Of a DNA stretch of 64,000 nt, positions 25,301-38,213 are shown in pieces. The notes under the pieces are model-generated. The model searched no databases. It was not told the origin of the DNA and saw nothing but the letters and a program-made list of their open reading frames with translations. Both the position numbers and the translations under genes were made by a program. Position 1 is the stretch's first letter. Each line of letters begins with the position of its first letter. Origin of the DNA: Octopus sinensis (lineage: Eukaryota); assembly GCF_006345805.1 (NCBI RefSeq), contig NC_043008.1, forward strand, positions 48,670,001 through 48,734,000. Reading direction: 5' to 3'.

Positions 25301-27655
25301 ATTCCTATCCACAGTTTAATCAGAGAATGAGTTGGGTGGTTTTCCTGTCCCAGATTTTAACCATTTGCAAAAGAATTCCTAGGAACCATTTCATCAGGCT
25401 CTGAAGCTCTACCCAGTGTGTGTGTGTGTTAGTGTCCCCTTAGTAAACATACTTAAAATGTTAATGGCCTTGTCCACTGAGTGGTACTGTCCACCCCTGT
25501 GTAATTGATGTTGACTAGACAACAGACAGACAAGCAATAGTGTTAAGTGGTGACCCAAAAACAGAAGAGGAGACATCCATCTGATTTTATATCACAATTA
25601 AAAACAAATAAATGGGGGGGGGAGTGGGTGGAGGAGGTTTATGAAAATGAAACTGTGTCACAATAGCCTCTGTGTAGCATCTCTACTGCAAAGCTGTTGT
25701 TGACTTTTATGCTGAAAGGTCAAAAGAAGGCATACACACACACATGTACAGACCAATTTGAACACACACAAAGAAAATAGGAAGAGAAATTTCATTATTA
25801 CACTGCTGAGATTAAAACCACTCTAGGCTAGCACTTTTCTAGAGGGGAAGTGAACAATAGAGGGAGCCACTCATACATGATATATTACTGGTGTGTAAAA
25901 TGCAGACAGACTTACCTATTCAGACACTCATCTCCACATCCCCCTTTCTCTGCATTCTTCGCTAAGCAGCTGCAGGGGTGGAGTTCATAACGAGAAACTG
26001 GCTTTATGTCAACATAGAAATCTAAATAGAAAAAAAAGAGAATAAAATCAAATAAAACCAATGAAATCAATATTCAATTCAGTTGGAGTAGTGGCCAGTG
26101 ACCAACAGCATGAAGTAGTGACCAGGACTCCTAAACCAATGTCACTTCACTCACTGGTGATATTCAAAAATGCATGAACATCATCACATCATGCTGTTCT
26201 ATTCCTTGTTTCTTTAGACTTTTGATGTCTATGAGGGAAGCCCCAGTATTTTGGTGTCCAGCAGGAATCATCTGACGTTTATGATAATAGGAAATGGGAG
26301 AGGAGTTGAAGGAAGTAATTATGGATTAGACAAGAACAGGTGAATGAGAGAGAGGACTTTTAGGGTAAACTAGAGTTCCTATGGACCTTCATAACCATTC
26401 CATATTCAAAAGAATCCTATTATATTTTTATAATTAAATATTCTTAGGAATTGTATGAAAATACTGTTAAAATATTTTGTGCATTGTAGTATAAGTGTTA
26501 TCATTATACATAAATCCTGACTCCAGCTACATAAACGCCATAGCGAGAAATATATACTCTGAAACGTTAACGAACATTTTATGCATGCATGTATGTTGAA
26601 GATAAATAAATTTGTGTTCTTTTAACTGCTATAAAAAAATACACAGTTTTATAATTGCAGAAATAAATTCCATTAACAAGTTGAAGAAAGTGAAAAAAGA
26701 GAAATTAATTACTACGTTAGTTTATTCATGTACATTTAGCATTTATTGTACAACTGGAAAGTAAAGTCATTTTGTCGCAGAGAATTACGACTTAAAATTC
26801 ACACTAGCTAATCCTTTATACTAACTACTTAGAGTTCAAAACAATTCAAATAAGTCTTGTTGGAGTTTTATCATAGACATGGCATAAAAAATAGCCAATA
26901 TCTCAAGGAGTGAGAGTCATGGAGAGTTTAGTAACATCTAACAATCACTGAGTAATTTCCCAAAAATCAGGGTTTTTATAACTGCTCATATCCGAATTCT
27001 AAGAACCATATTTTGTGAAAAATTTCTTAGACAAAAGTTTAGAATTCATATATGGGCAGTAATTTTAACCAATGGGATACCAGCAATTATGCTTGTTTGG
27101 GCAAACGACCATTACGTCATATTGCTGCCTTTTGTGGCTTGCCACAGTAGACATAAAATCATTTTATTGTACATAAATGTTAACAAGCAAAACCCTACAT
27201 GGACTCTGGTTGAGAACCCCAGAAGTAGACTATTAGCAGAACTGCTGGGATTAGGGGCCATCAACAGACAGAATTTCAAAAGAAACTTTGTCATGGTTCT
27301 CTTTCTCCCTTTCGCACTCTCTTACACACATACAAACACAGACGTTGCGTAAAACCATTTTTATGGCCACGTTACAAAATTAGAAAGTACCTCTCTTTCT
27401 TTTATTGCCATTATCATTAAAACTGCAGCTGTTGAAAGTAGTTAAAAATAATAAAAAAAACAAAATAAAATCCACCCACCACATACTTACTATTTTTAAT
27501 TTTACGATAATTTAAATGGTCATCTTTTCTTACAAGCTGCAAAATATAAGAACACATGTCAATAAATTTATGTTAATAAAAAAGTGCACACACATATGTG
27601 TCTGCGTGTGTGTGTATATATATACATGTATATACACATACATACACACATGTAT

Positions 27656-27696
<41 letters not shown>

Positions 27697-30082
27697 TGAA
27701 TATACATACATTATACACACACATTTGTGTATGTGTGTGTATAAAACAGACACAAACACACACATATGTGCATGTGTTACATATTACACAAACACATAAA
27801 TATATATTAACATATATATACACATATGTATAAAGACATTTATATATAGCGTAAAAACATATAATCATGAAAACTAAGATTTAAACATGTATACTTATCA
27901 AATATAACCACCAAGTTTGAAGTGAAATGTAATGAATAAATGAAACGTCAAAAGAAAATAAATTTTCGCTATTTATTAGAACAAATATGATTGCTCTCAC
28001 ACAAGCACACACACACACACTCACAAACATACACACACACACTCACAAACATACACACACACACTCACATACACACACACACACACTCACAAACATACAC
28101 ACATTCACCCCACAAACAGAACAAGATCAGATTTGAGAAAAGAGTAAAATTTTTTCATAAAATTGGATTATAACAGAATACAGATTAACCCCCGATACAA
28201 CTATTTTCCTTTACCAATATTTAAGACATTGTGAACAGTAGGCTGGTCCTCAGCATTATTGTTATTTATTATTATTATTACATATCAGAGTCTAGAGAGA
28301 TGGTTTCTCTGTCGGGATTTGAATTCAGAAACAACTGACTCCAAACTAGGCCGGCTTCTTAATTTTTAACATTATCTGATGTGTGTGTGTGCGTGTACAA
28401 AGTTCAAGAATGGAATTTTGGGTATTATTACCCAAACTTTCACTCTTAGACTTACTATACTTGACGACTAAATTATTTTACTTAAAATTTCTGTCTGTAT
28501 GAATAGTTTCTTTTAGAATTTAAACTGACCATATCTGGCCTAAATATTCTACCTGTTCTGTGTTCAAATTGGCCATATCCAACCTCTCACACCCACCCTA
28601 CAATGTCATTCTAAAAAAATAAGGATTACATTTAAGTGACTATTCTGAATGCTAAAGGATAAACAAAACTGTTCACTTTTACTTTCTCTGTTGGCCAGTA
28701 TTCACAGGAATGCTGACTACCTCGATTTAATAATCCCTAATATTTGATATATATATATATATTAATATTGATAATAATAAAGAGTATGGAAACTTGTACA
28801 ACTGCTAAGTTTACTTTATATATAACTATAAAATAAATTTTGTGGATGTACAGGTCTCCATACTCTTTATTATTATTAATATTAATATATATACTCCAGA
28901 CAATTTTTAATGTCCAATGAAGAGTACATGGAATTACCCATTGGAAGAATTCAGTCACAGATGTTAGATACTGACCATTGTGGTTAGCCGTTAACTGAAA
29001 CTTAACTGAGAGCTAATATGGCATCTGCCCAGATAATATACCCCTCCAGATTCATATATAATCAAAATAAGCAACAAGTACATCTTCGGTAATTTGGTAC
29101 GATTGTTTCAGGCTACTTCATTTTATTAAACATTGTAAGTGTTACATTAGTTTTAAAATGTTGAGCTATCTTCAGCCATTTATAGAAGTCTTCCATCAAA
29201 CGGACAATACATATACTTATTTCCATTTTGTTTGCCAACATTATAAAGAGGGTAGATATACAGACAGAGAGGTTGATTTGATTGTTAAGAACATAATAGT
29301 ATTAAAATTTATCTTGTTGCTTACTTTGATTATAATCACCTCATGGATTTATATGGATAATACCATACAAAATTCTGGCGCCTCTGACTGAAGTACCATA
29401 TTCATTTGAATCTAAATTTTGCTGAACTTATATATATATGGTGGATCACATTGTTCAACAATAAGGATTCAGTTGTTTGACCTGAACTGGATTAGCTACT
29501 CCTGAATTAATGTCTCAGTGACTGAGTATTCCCCTGCTAATGTAATTCTCTTGCACAATCAGCAGGACACAGTGCAATGATAACACTGGACCTTTTTTAA
29601 TTACAACTAACCCGACAGGCTTCTGCTAGGCAGCTTTTGTTGACCCAGTTTCACTGGCAAGGTAATGGGTAAATCACATTTGCCCAAGACATCGAACCCA
29701 GGACATATTGGGTGCAAACCAAACTGCTTAACCTTTTGCCCAGGCAGCATCAACACACATCATACGATAGGCTATGCAGTGGAAGAATATCCTCATGTTC
29801 TACATTATGCACACAAAGAGGACGGAATTCAATTCATGAACTGGCTGAGTTGCACACAGCCAGAAATGCGCATCTAGGAATCCGCTAGAGGGAAGCACAG
29901 GGCAGAGATGGTGTTTTTATACCTTTTATCATAAAACAGAATTCTTTCTCCATGGTAACGGCATGAAGTCGCCTTTAAAATTTTTTTAGAAATATGTCAC
30001 AAACATATTTTAACTAACGTAAGTTCATTTATTCTTAATCACTGCTTATATATATATATATATATTGTATTTGTACATGTAT

Positions 30083-30143
<61 letters not shown>

Positions 30144-30160
30144 TGTATTTGTACATGTAT

Positions 30161-30202
<42 letters not shown>

Positions 30203-33192
30203 TGTATTTGTACATGTATACACACACACACACATATATATATATATAGCTATTGTAAATTCTTTATTCTCTATTATAGCGTTCAATATTTCTTTGTAAG
30301 TTCATGATTTTCATACCATTTCTGTTCTAATTAATCAACTTCCCAGAGTGCTGATTACTTAGAAATTTTGTTAAGTATTCAGACAGGAGTGGGTGGGTCT
30401 TTCACTAATCTACTCCACTCCATCCCCATTATTATATTTGGCCCTTTCTCTCTCTCTCTCAGACTAAATCTTCATCCTCCCATTGTAACTCTTCCTTTAC
30501 CATTCTTTTTCTTTCCAATGTCATTTACTTATTCCATCCTCTCCCATTTCCCGTTCTAATTAATCAACTTCATTTGTTAATTATGTTTATTAGGTGTCCC
30601 AATGCCCCCCATCTCCCCTTCAGCACACCCACTTGATATCTCCTGCTTTTATTGGTCAATTTCCGTATGACCTGCCTCCCACTTCACAGCTTTTGCTCTC
30701 CTTTCATTCTATTAACTGAAATGAAAAGATGTGACCTGGTTTAGGAAGCAGGACATTTTCAAGAAATGCATTAATGTAAAATGGCATTTTACAGGAAGAG
30801 AGAAGAGAAGAAATCTACCTTGGATGGTAGCTACTCTGATACAAATTGGAGAAGGCCCTTGGCCCTGCAAAACAGACCCTATAGGGTTTCTGGTACAATA
30901 CATACAACCAGACTCCTTTGCTAGTGAGAGACAGTGGTAAAGTCTCTGACCATAAACCATGGAGTACAGAAACACCAAATACTACAACTGGCTGTGATGA
31001 CCGGACTGAGCAGCAGCAGTAGCAGCAGCAGCGTTCAAGTGTCATTGAACCAACTCCAAAACACTAACAGTTTTCTTCATCTCAGGTGTGCCACTAGCTA
31101 ATGTTGGTCTAATGAAAGGTAGATCAGGTGAGATAGTTGGAATGAAGGATTGGCTATGTCTTGCAAGGAAAAAGGGAGAAGGAATGAGAAGGGGTTTCAG
31201 ACTGGCTCTTCACAAGTAAGGGACACAAATAGTAATTCTTCTAGAAGGATGACAACTCCAGGGTGGACAAACTAGGGAATGGGTTGATGGAATGGTTGGG
31301 TAATCATGACAGTTACAAGGTCAGCAATAGGTCAGATGATAGTTACCAATTGCAATGGTCAGGTTGGGAATCACCAGAAAGGATACATCGATGTGTATAG
31401 AGGCTACGGCCATGATACAGCACTCATAGAGCACTGGGATGAACATGAGAGCCATTTTGGAACAATACAAGAACACTTGCTCTCTTCTCAGTCACAGGTG
31501 AAAGGACGATGTATGGAAGTGATATTATGAAAGATTTAAGGTAGAGTCCAGTTGTGACGGCACAAAGAATTATATTATCCAATCAGTCCTTCCTTTTTAA
31601 GATGGTAGAATATGATTTGAAAGAGATCTAGCTGTTAGTTCTAGCAGATATGGCAACCATAAAAGGGCTGCCTCATTAGTTTATACTTAATTAGATTGCA
31701 TAATAAAGTACCATCCCTTATGACTGCTAGAGCAGCAATACATATCTTTCTATTATTGTTATTATCATTATTATTAAGTGAGAGAGTAGTGCATGCCATC
31801 TAAGTGACACTGGGGTAAAATATACGAAGCCCAGTATACCCATCATGACTACCCGTCTACTAAGGGTACACCAGGCATATGCATCACAACCATGTGTGTA
31901 CAACATGGTGATCTCATATCAAGATAAACAGTGCATGGCCTTGCAGGTGGGGCCCAGTTAGAATTGAGTAGCTCACCCTACTCAAAAGGTCTCTGAATAA
32001 GAGTTTCTTAAGGATGTTGAACGAAACACCCATGTTTCCAGAGGTGAATTATTCAAACCCCAAAGAATTCCTCTCAACACATGGCCATGATGCTCCCCCA
32101 CTACTTCTGCTCGTGATCAGAGATGCATATATCACCAGCCACCAAGGGACATGGTCAACTGGTTATGGTCAAACAACTGACAAGCAAATCTGGGGTACTG
32201 AGCAGAATATTTGCTGTAGCCCATCTTTTATACCAAGACAAAACGATGTACATGATAACACTTCCAATCAGTTAAGATCAGAAGCCATGAGAGCCACTGC
32301 CTGGTACTGCATCAGGGCATTTATTATTATTATTATTATAACACATATTGGAAAAATATCAGTGACAGAGGTCTTAAACTGGTAGAACTGAGAGTGAAAG
32401 TGGCTGAGAATTTAGTACAAGATTGGTTTAGCTTGGTTACCATGTAATTTAGTATGCTGCTTGGACATGGAAGCATATACATTATACTGAAAATGAGACG
32501 ACAACTGCAAGAGAAGATCATGGCTAAGAACAAACCATTTGACTTTGTATTTGTTAATCCAAAGCTGGCCTTTGGCAGGATTTTTGAGCATGGTGGGCCA
32601 GGAAACAAAAACTAAAGATAGATATTATAACAATTGTGTTATTCACATAAACAAATGAGGCATGAATGAGAGTAAAACTGGTAGCATGTGGCCAGAGAAT
32701 AATTTAATGTAGAGACAGCCTCTCGCCAACGTTCTGTTCCTGCCTCAGCCACCACTTAGAGTTTTTTAGGCAATGATATTCGAGTTCAAGTCTGGATGTC
32801 CTTCGAATGTTTTTGTTACTGTAGACTGTCACAAGAACTGCAGAATAAGTTCCAAACCAAAAAGAATGGTTTAGAAAATGACTTAGAAAAGGCCAAGAGT
32901 TTGAATTAATATATTCGAGGAGAGTTGTAAATGGCAGCAGTGTGTTTGAGGAATATAACCTGGTTTAATTTGTAGGAAAGGATTAGGTAATAATAGGTAG
33001 AAAGGGACATTTGGCAGACTGAGAGGGAGAGAGAGAAAGAGAAGGAGACTATGTTGTTGGATGGAGAGGGGAAGAGTGAGAACCAATTGAAGACTATCAA
33101 CTGTTTATATGGGTCACACTAAATGTAATTGATACTTTCAGCTAGCCAGGTGAGCTGAAGGTAGGCAAAAGAACACGCGCGCGCACACACAC

Positions 33193-33267
<75 letters not shown>

Positions 33268-33776
33268 AGCAGCTACAACAAAGATCTGTGGAGGTTGGAG
33301 AGAAATGAATCAGGTAGAATGGATTCAGTGGGTGTGTAATGTTAATTTACATGAAAGGTTGAGCTGTGGTGAGTTGACAGAGGGTCTGGGCATGAAGGGC
33401 ATCAGTTGTTGGTGAATGATGATTACAAATGGGACAGCCAGTGATGGATATTGATGGAGGGAACATGTGGAGGAAGGAGACCAAAGATGATGATAGAATG
33501 ATGATGGAGGGAACATGTAGAAGAGGGGAATTGAAGATGATGGCAAAAGAGGAAAACGATGGGTTCAGATGAAATGTGATGGATGAAATGACAGAAGAGA
33601 GCTTCCAGTGGCAATATATTGTAGTGCAGTAGATCTGTCAAACCCACAGCAGCAGTTTCGAATGTCTACAACAATGAGGATGATATACTGAATACATTTA
33701 GATACATATGTACTAAAGCAAAAAAAATAAATAATTCAATAAATCATTATTATTAGTGGCAGCAGCAGTAGCAGTA

Positions 33777-33813
<37 letters not shown>

Positions 33814-34000
33814 AGGTTTATTAAAATTAGAATGTGTATTTTTGTTGATGTTAAAAAAAAAACTATTAAAAGCAAAACTTAATTTTTGAATGAATGCAAA
33901 CTGAAAATAAATATTGTGTGTGTGTGTGTATTTCTTGTGAGTGTATGCATACGTGCATATGAGTGTGTATGAATGTTCAAGTGTAGTATGTATGAGTGAA

Positions 34001-34032
<32 letters not shown>

Positions 34033-37000
34033 TGCAAGCAGGTGTGTGTGTGTGTGTGTAGATTAGTAACATCAGAGAATGGTTAAGAATATTTGAGGTT
34101 ATCCTCCTATTAACTGGGTTATAAAAAGAAACAGTTAAAAAAATAAGAAATAAGACATGAAAAAGTTAAATGCTAAAAAAGAAAGCCCAAAAATGTATTG
34201 GTGTTGGCTGAGACGTAAGAAGACGTTGAGGAGAGTGGAGAGATGGTAAGGAAGATAGATAAGACGTTAGTGTGACGTTGGTTGTTGTTGTAATAATGTA
34301 AGGGGGAAGTTAACATCTCTGATGAAGAGTGGAAGAGTTTTCTGGGCAGAGAACAAAAAATGTTGCAGCAGTTATAACAGGACAAAAATAGATTGGTTAT
34401 CTTAGAAACAACGAGCTATTGTCGATTCTGTTATAGGTACAAGGCCACATATTTCAAAGCAGGGCTTTACGTGATTAATCTAGCTCAAGTACAATTATTA
34501 TCATCATCATCATCATCTCTTCTGACTGCGAGACAAGGCTACAAAATCTGAGAAGGCTGTATCTCTATAAAAGCTGATTACACTGCCACCGTTGATAATA
34601 ACTGGCGCTTATTTAACGACGGCCTGCATCACCTTCCCTAAAAATAACAACAAAGGTTGTTTCTGCTTTTTGGCAAAAGCTAATGGACTGAAATTTGGAG
34701 TGGGGTGGGAGAGGTTAGTTGATTATGTCGGCCCCAGTGCTCAGCTGGTAGTGACCCTGAAAAAATGTAAAGACAGATGAAATGCTGCTAAGCATTTTGT
34801 CTGGGGCACCAACAATTCTGCCTGCTCACCACCTTAATATTAATGATGATGATGATGAAGGTGATGGTGCAAAGCATTATGTCTGAAGATCTGACAATTC
34901 TGCCTGTCCACCACTCAAAGAATAACGATTTCAAATTTTGGCACAATGCCAGCAACTTCGGGAGAGGGGGTTAGTCTCAGTTACATCGACCCCAGTGTCC
35001 AACTGGTACCTATTTTATCAACACTGAAAGGATGAAACACCACTGAGCATTTTGCCAGCTTGCCCCCTGCCCCAATAACAATAATTTCAATTTTTGGCAC
35101 AAGGCCAGCAATTTTGAGGGGAGTTAGGTGATACCACTGATCCCCAGTGTTAGACAAATACTTTACTTTATCAACCCTGGAACAATGAAAACAAAGTTGA
35201 ATTTGGCAGGATTTGAACTCAGAACCACAAAGATCCACAAAGCATTTTGTTCAATGCAAGCCATTCTGGTTGACCTGGGGCTATGGTTGAAAACATTTTC
35301 CAAAGGGACAGATCCCAAAATCATGTCCTTGGCAAGCAAAAGCTTTATTTTGGTGGTGGCCAAATTAGTGATGCCGAAAGGCTGTTGATTGTAATATTAA
35401 GTTGTAGCACAGGATGAAGGCCATAAATTCTGCTTAGGTAAACTGCACTCACTAACAATGACCCTTAGAAGAAGAAGCAACAATTATTTAAGTTTGTGGT
35501 GAGACAAAGGACCAGGATTGTCTGTTAAAAGATGATCTTTCCATTTCTGGACTCTCCCCGCCTCTATATATCAACGGACAAATAAGTTTCAGAATGTGAA
35601 GCCATGTTTTACATCACACCTTCTTTTAGTCGTGTGATCACCTCCTCTGCTTTTCTAGCATATTAGATACACGGCTGAGTAGAGTCGAGCATCTTTGGGA
35701 AGAAGATTCACCCTCAGTCAGGGAAAGGAAAAAAAAAAAAAATCTTCACTGGTTGTGCAGAGTTAAATGTCATCTAGAGCAGCAGGTAACTAGGGAGAAG
35801 GTGACAAGGTACCCCAAAAGAAACAAGGAATATATGTGATGATGAAGAGGGGCCAGTGACTGCAGTCAGCAGGGGACGTTAGTAGACGAGTGTGCCAGGA
35901 CGACACCGGTGCAATTAATACAGCTTTGTTAATAACAAGATTATTAAGAAAACGAAAACAGATATCCAGAACTTTGGTGACACCCTCCTCCTCATACAGG
36001 CAGACAATGCAGCTGATTAGGTATTTGAGGGATAATGGGAAACGAAAAGAAGGTATGAATGTTACCAGAAATATATATGTACATATATTATTCATATTAT
36101 ATATATATATATAAATACAGACATACATACATGCATGCATACACACACACACATATACATGTGTGTGTGTGTGTATAAGTGGGGGGTGTATAATGAAGGT
36201 AGAAATCTATTTTAATATCTCAGCATGAGAAAAAGAAATAGTACATGAAAGGAAGTAGGAGCGAGAGAGTGAGAGAGAGAGAACTTAAGAGAAAAGAACT
36301 AGGTCAGATTGATGGGGGTGGGGTGGCACAATTATTGGAGCCAAAATTATTGAAAACGATTCCAAGAATTTAGTGGGTGGGTGGGTGGGAGATATGCTGT
36401 GGTGATGGTAAGGGAGGTAAGAGAGACTTGGAAATAGAAAAAAATAGAAAATGAAAAAAAAGGAGGGAGAGAAATGAGGATAAGATAAGAGTGAAATTGT
36501 TGGATATGAACCTAGATTGGTTTTATTATTTGGTCAAACCCAACAAAATGTCACCTCCACCTCTTACCACAAGCAGCAGTATGGGGTGGGGGGGGGGACA
36601 ATCTAAGTTCCACAGCTTCTGAAAATGGATTGTTCTGTGAAGGGGGTGAAGTAGACAGGGTCACTCCCACATCTGAAGGGTAGTTTTGAACACAGCTAAC
36701 CTTTATGTTTCACCCAGAACATGGTTGTAACTGCAAAATAAAAACCAATGGATCAGAAATATTCATAATTCCAGACAACATCTCATACATCATCATCATC
36801 ATCATCATCATCACACAGCTACAGTAAGAGCTTTAATCAAATATTTTCTTCTCAGTTTTTGCTCCAAATGGCTTTACACTTCTTACATAGGTTGGATGGT
36901 CAGGTAAATTTGCACCTTTATACAGCTTTATTATGGGATGATACTGTCTTTTTCCCCTCTGTCTTCAAATATCCGGATGCTCACCTTCCAACCATGAAGT

Positions 37001-37162
37001 GAAAATAACACAATGTTTATCAAGGTACACTTAACTATGTAGAATAATTAATGCCTCTTGCTTAATGAACCATATAATATATAAGTAGGCCATATCGAAT
37101 ATACATATAATAGATATTTCAATGCCAGTCTACCCATATCTTTTTCTTACAAGTCTTAGATT

Positions 37163-37196
<34 letters not shown>

Positions 37197-38179
37197 TTAC
37201 ATAACATGGAAATAAAAATTGATGGGTTAGATGAAATTTAACAGAATGATTGGGGCCAAGTCTTCAGGGAGACAAGCTCAGTAATGAAACTGAGACAAGA
37301 CAACTGTGGAAGACTACCTCCAACCCATCATTCTGTGAGGATTTATATGAGGGTTACTTTAGCTGGCAATGCTAACAAGGAAGTTTCCTTCAACAGACTC
37401 ACAACTACTTTTGTAAGTGTCACCATTTCTCTACGACCAAATTTAAGAAAACATTCTCACTATGGTCATGGATAGAAAGTCAATAGAAACAATTCTTTAA
37501 ACAACTGCCAACCTGCACCACCCACCTACACACACACAACCACACGAAACTGCTGGCAGAGTCCATTTATTAGTGAAAACAGTTCAACTTCAGCAGCAGA
37601 AAACAGACTCTCAATTCTGAAACAGGAGACATTTTTGGACTTGGATTCCTCTAGGACTTCCGGAGCCAATCATAGAGAGGAATTAGCAATATCAGTGAAA
37701 GTATCAAAGAGATAATGTCCCCAAAGAGACCATTCTATGTCCTCACAGATTTCCTTTCAGTTTTGCAAGTTTTGAAACGGTTTGTCTTCTACATTTTGTC
37801 TCCCCCCCCCCCAACAACAACACTTCTTTTTCAGACTTATTTAAGAACCACTGATTAGAGACAATATCGTTTTTTTTTTTTTCACATGCTGTCTTGATGA
37901 TTATAGATTACATTCAAAGTGAAAGATAACAAGATAAAACTATATTAACACATAAAATAATAAAGATTTTGACAGCAGATAAAGAAATGAGAGAGAAAAA
38001 AAATGATAGCAATTAAGGGATGTTTGTTTTTTTTCTTTAGATAATTTTTTTAATCTAAATTGAAAATAGCTTTAAAAAAATCATTTCATATGTTACAATC
38101 CAATTATCTTTTATTTATAAACATATCTGCAGAAGCACTTGCACTAAACACACGTGCGCATGCACGCGCGCGCACACAC

Positions 38180-38213
<34 letters not shown>

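Noticed and set aside
24950-25420. Possible ORF1/gag remnant of an I/Nimb-type LINE ([10 protein letters not shown])
   Set aside because: Similarity is too weak to call without a search.
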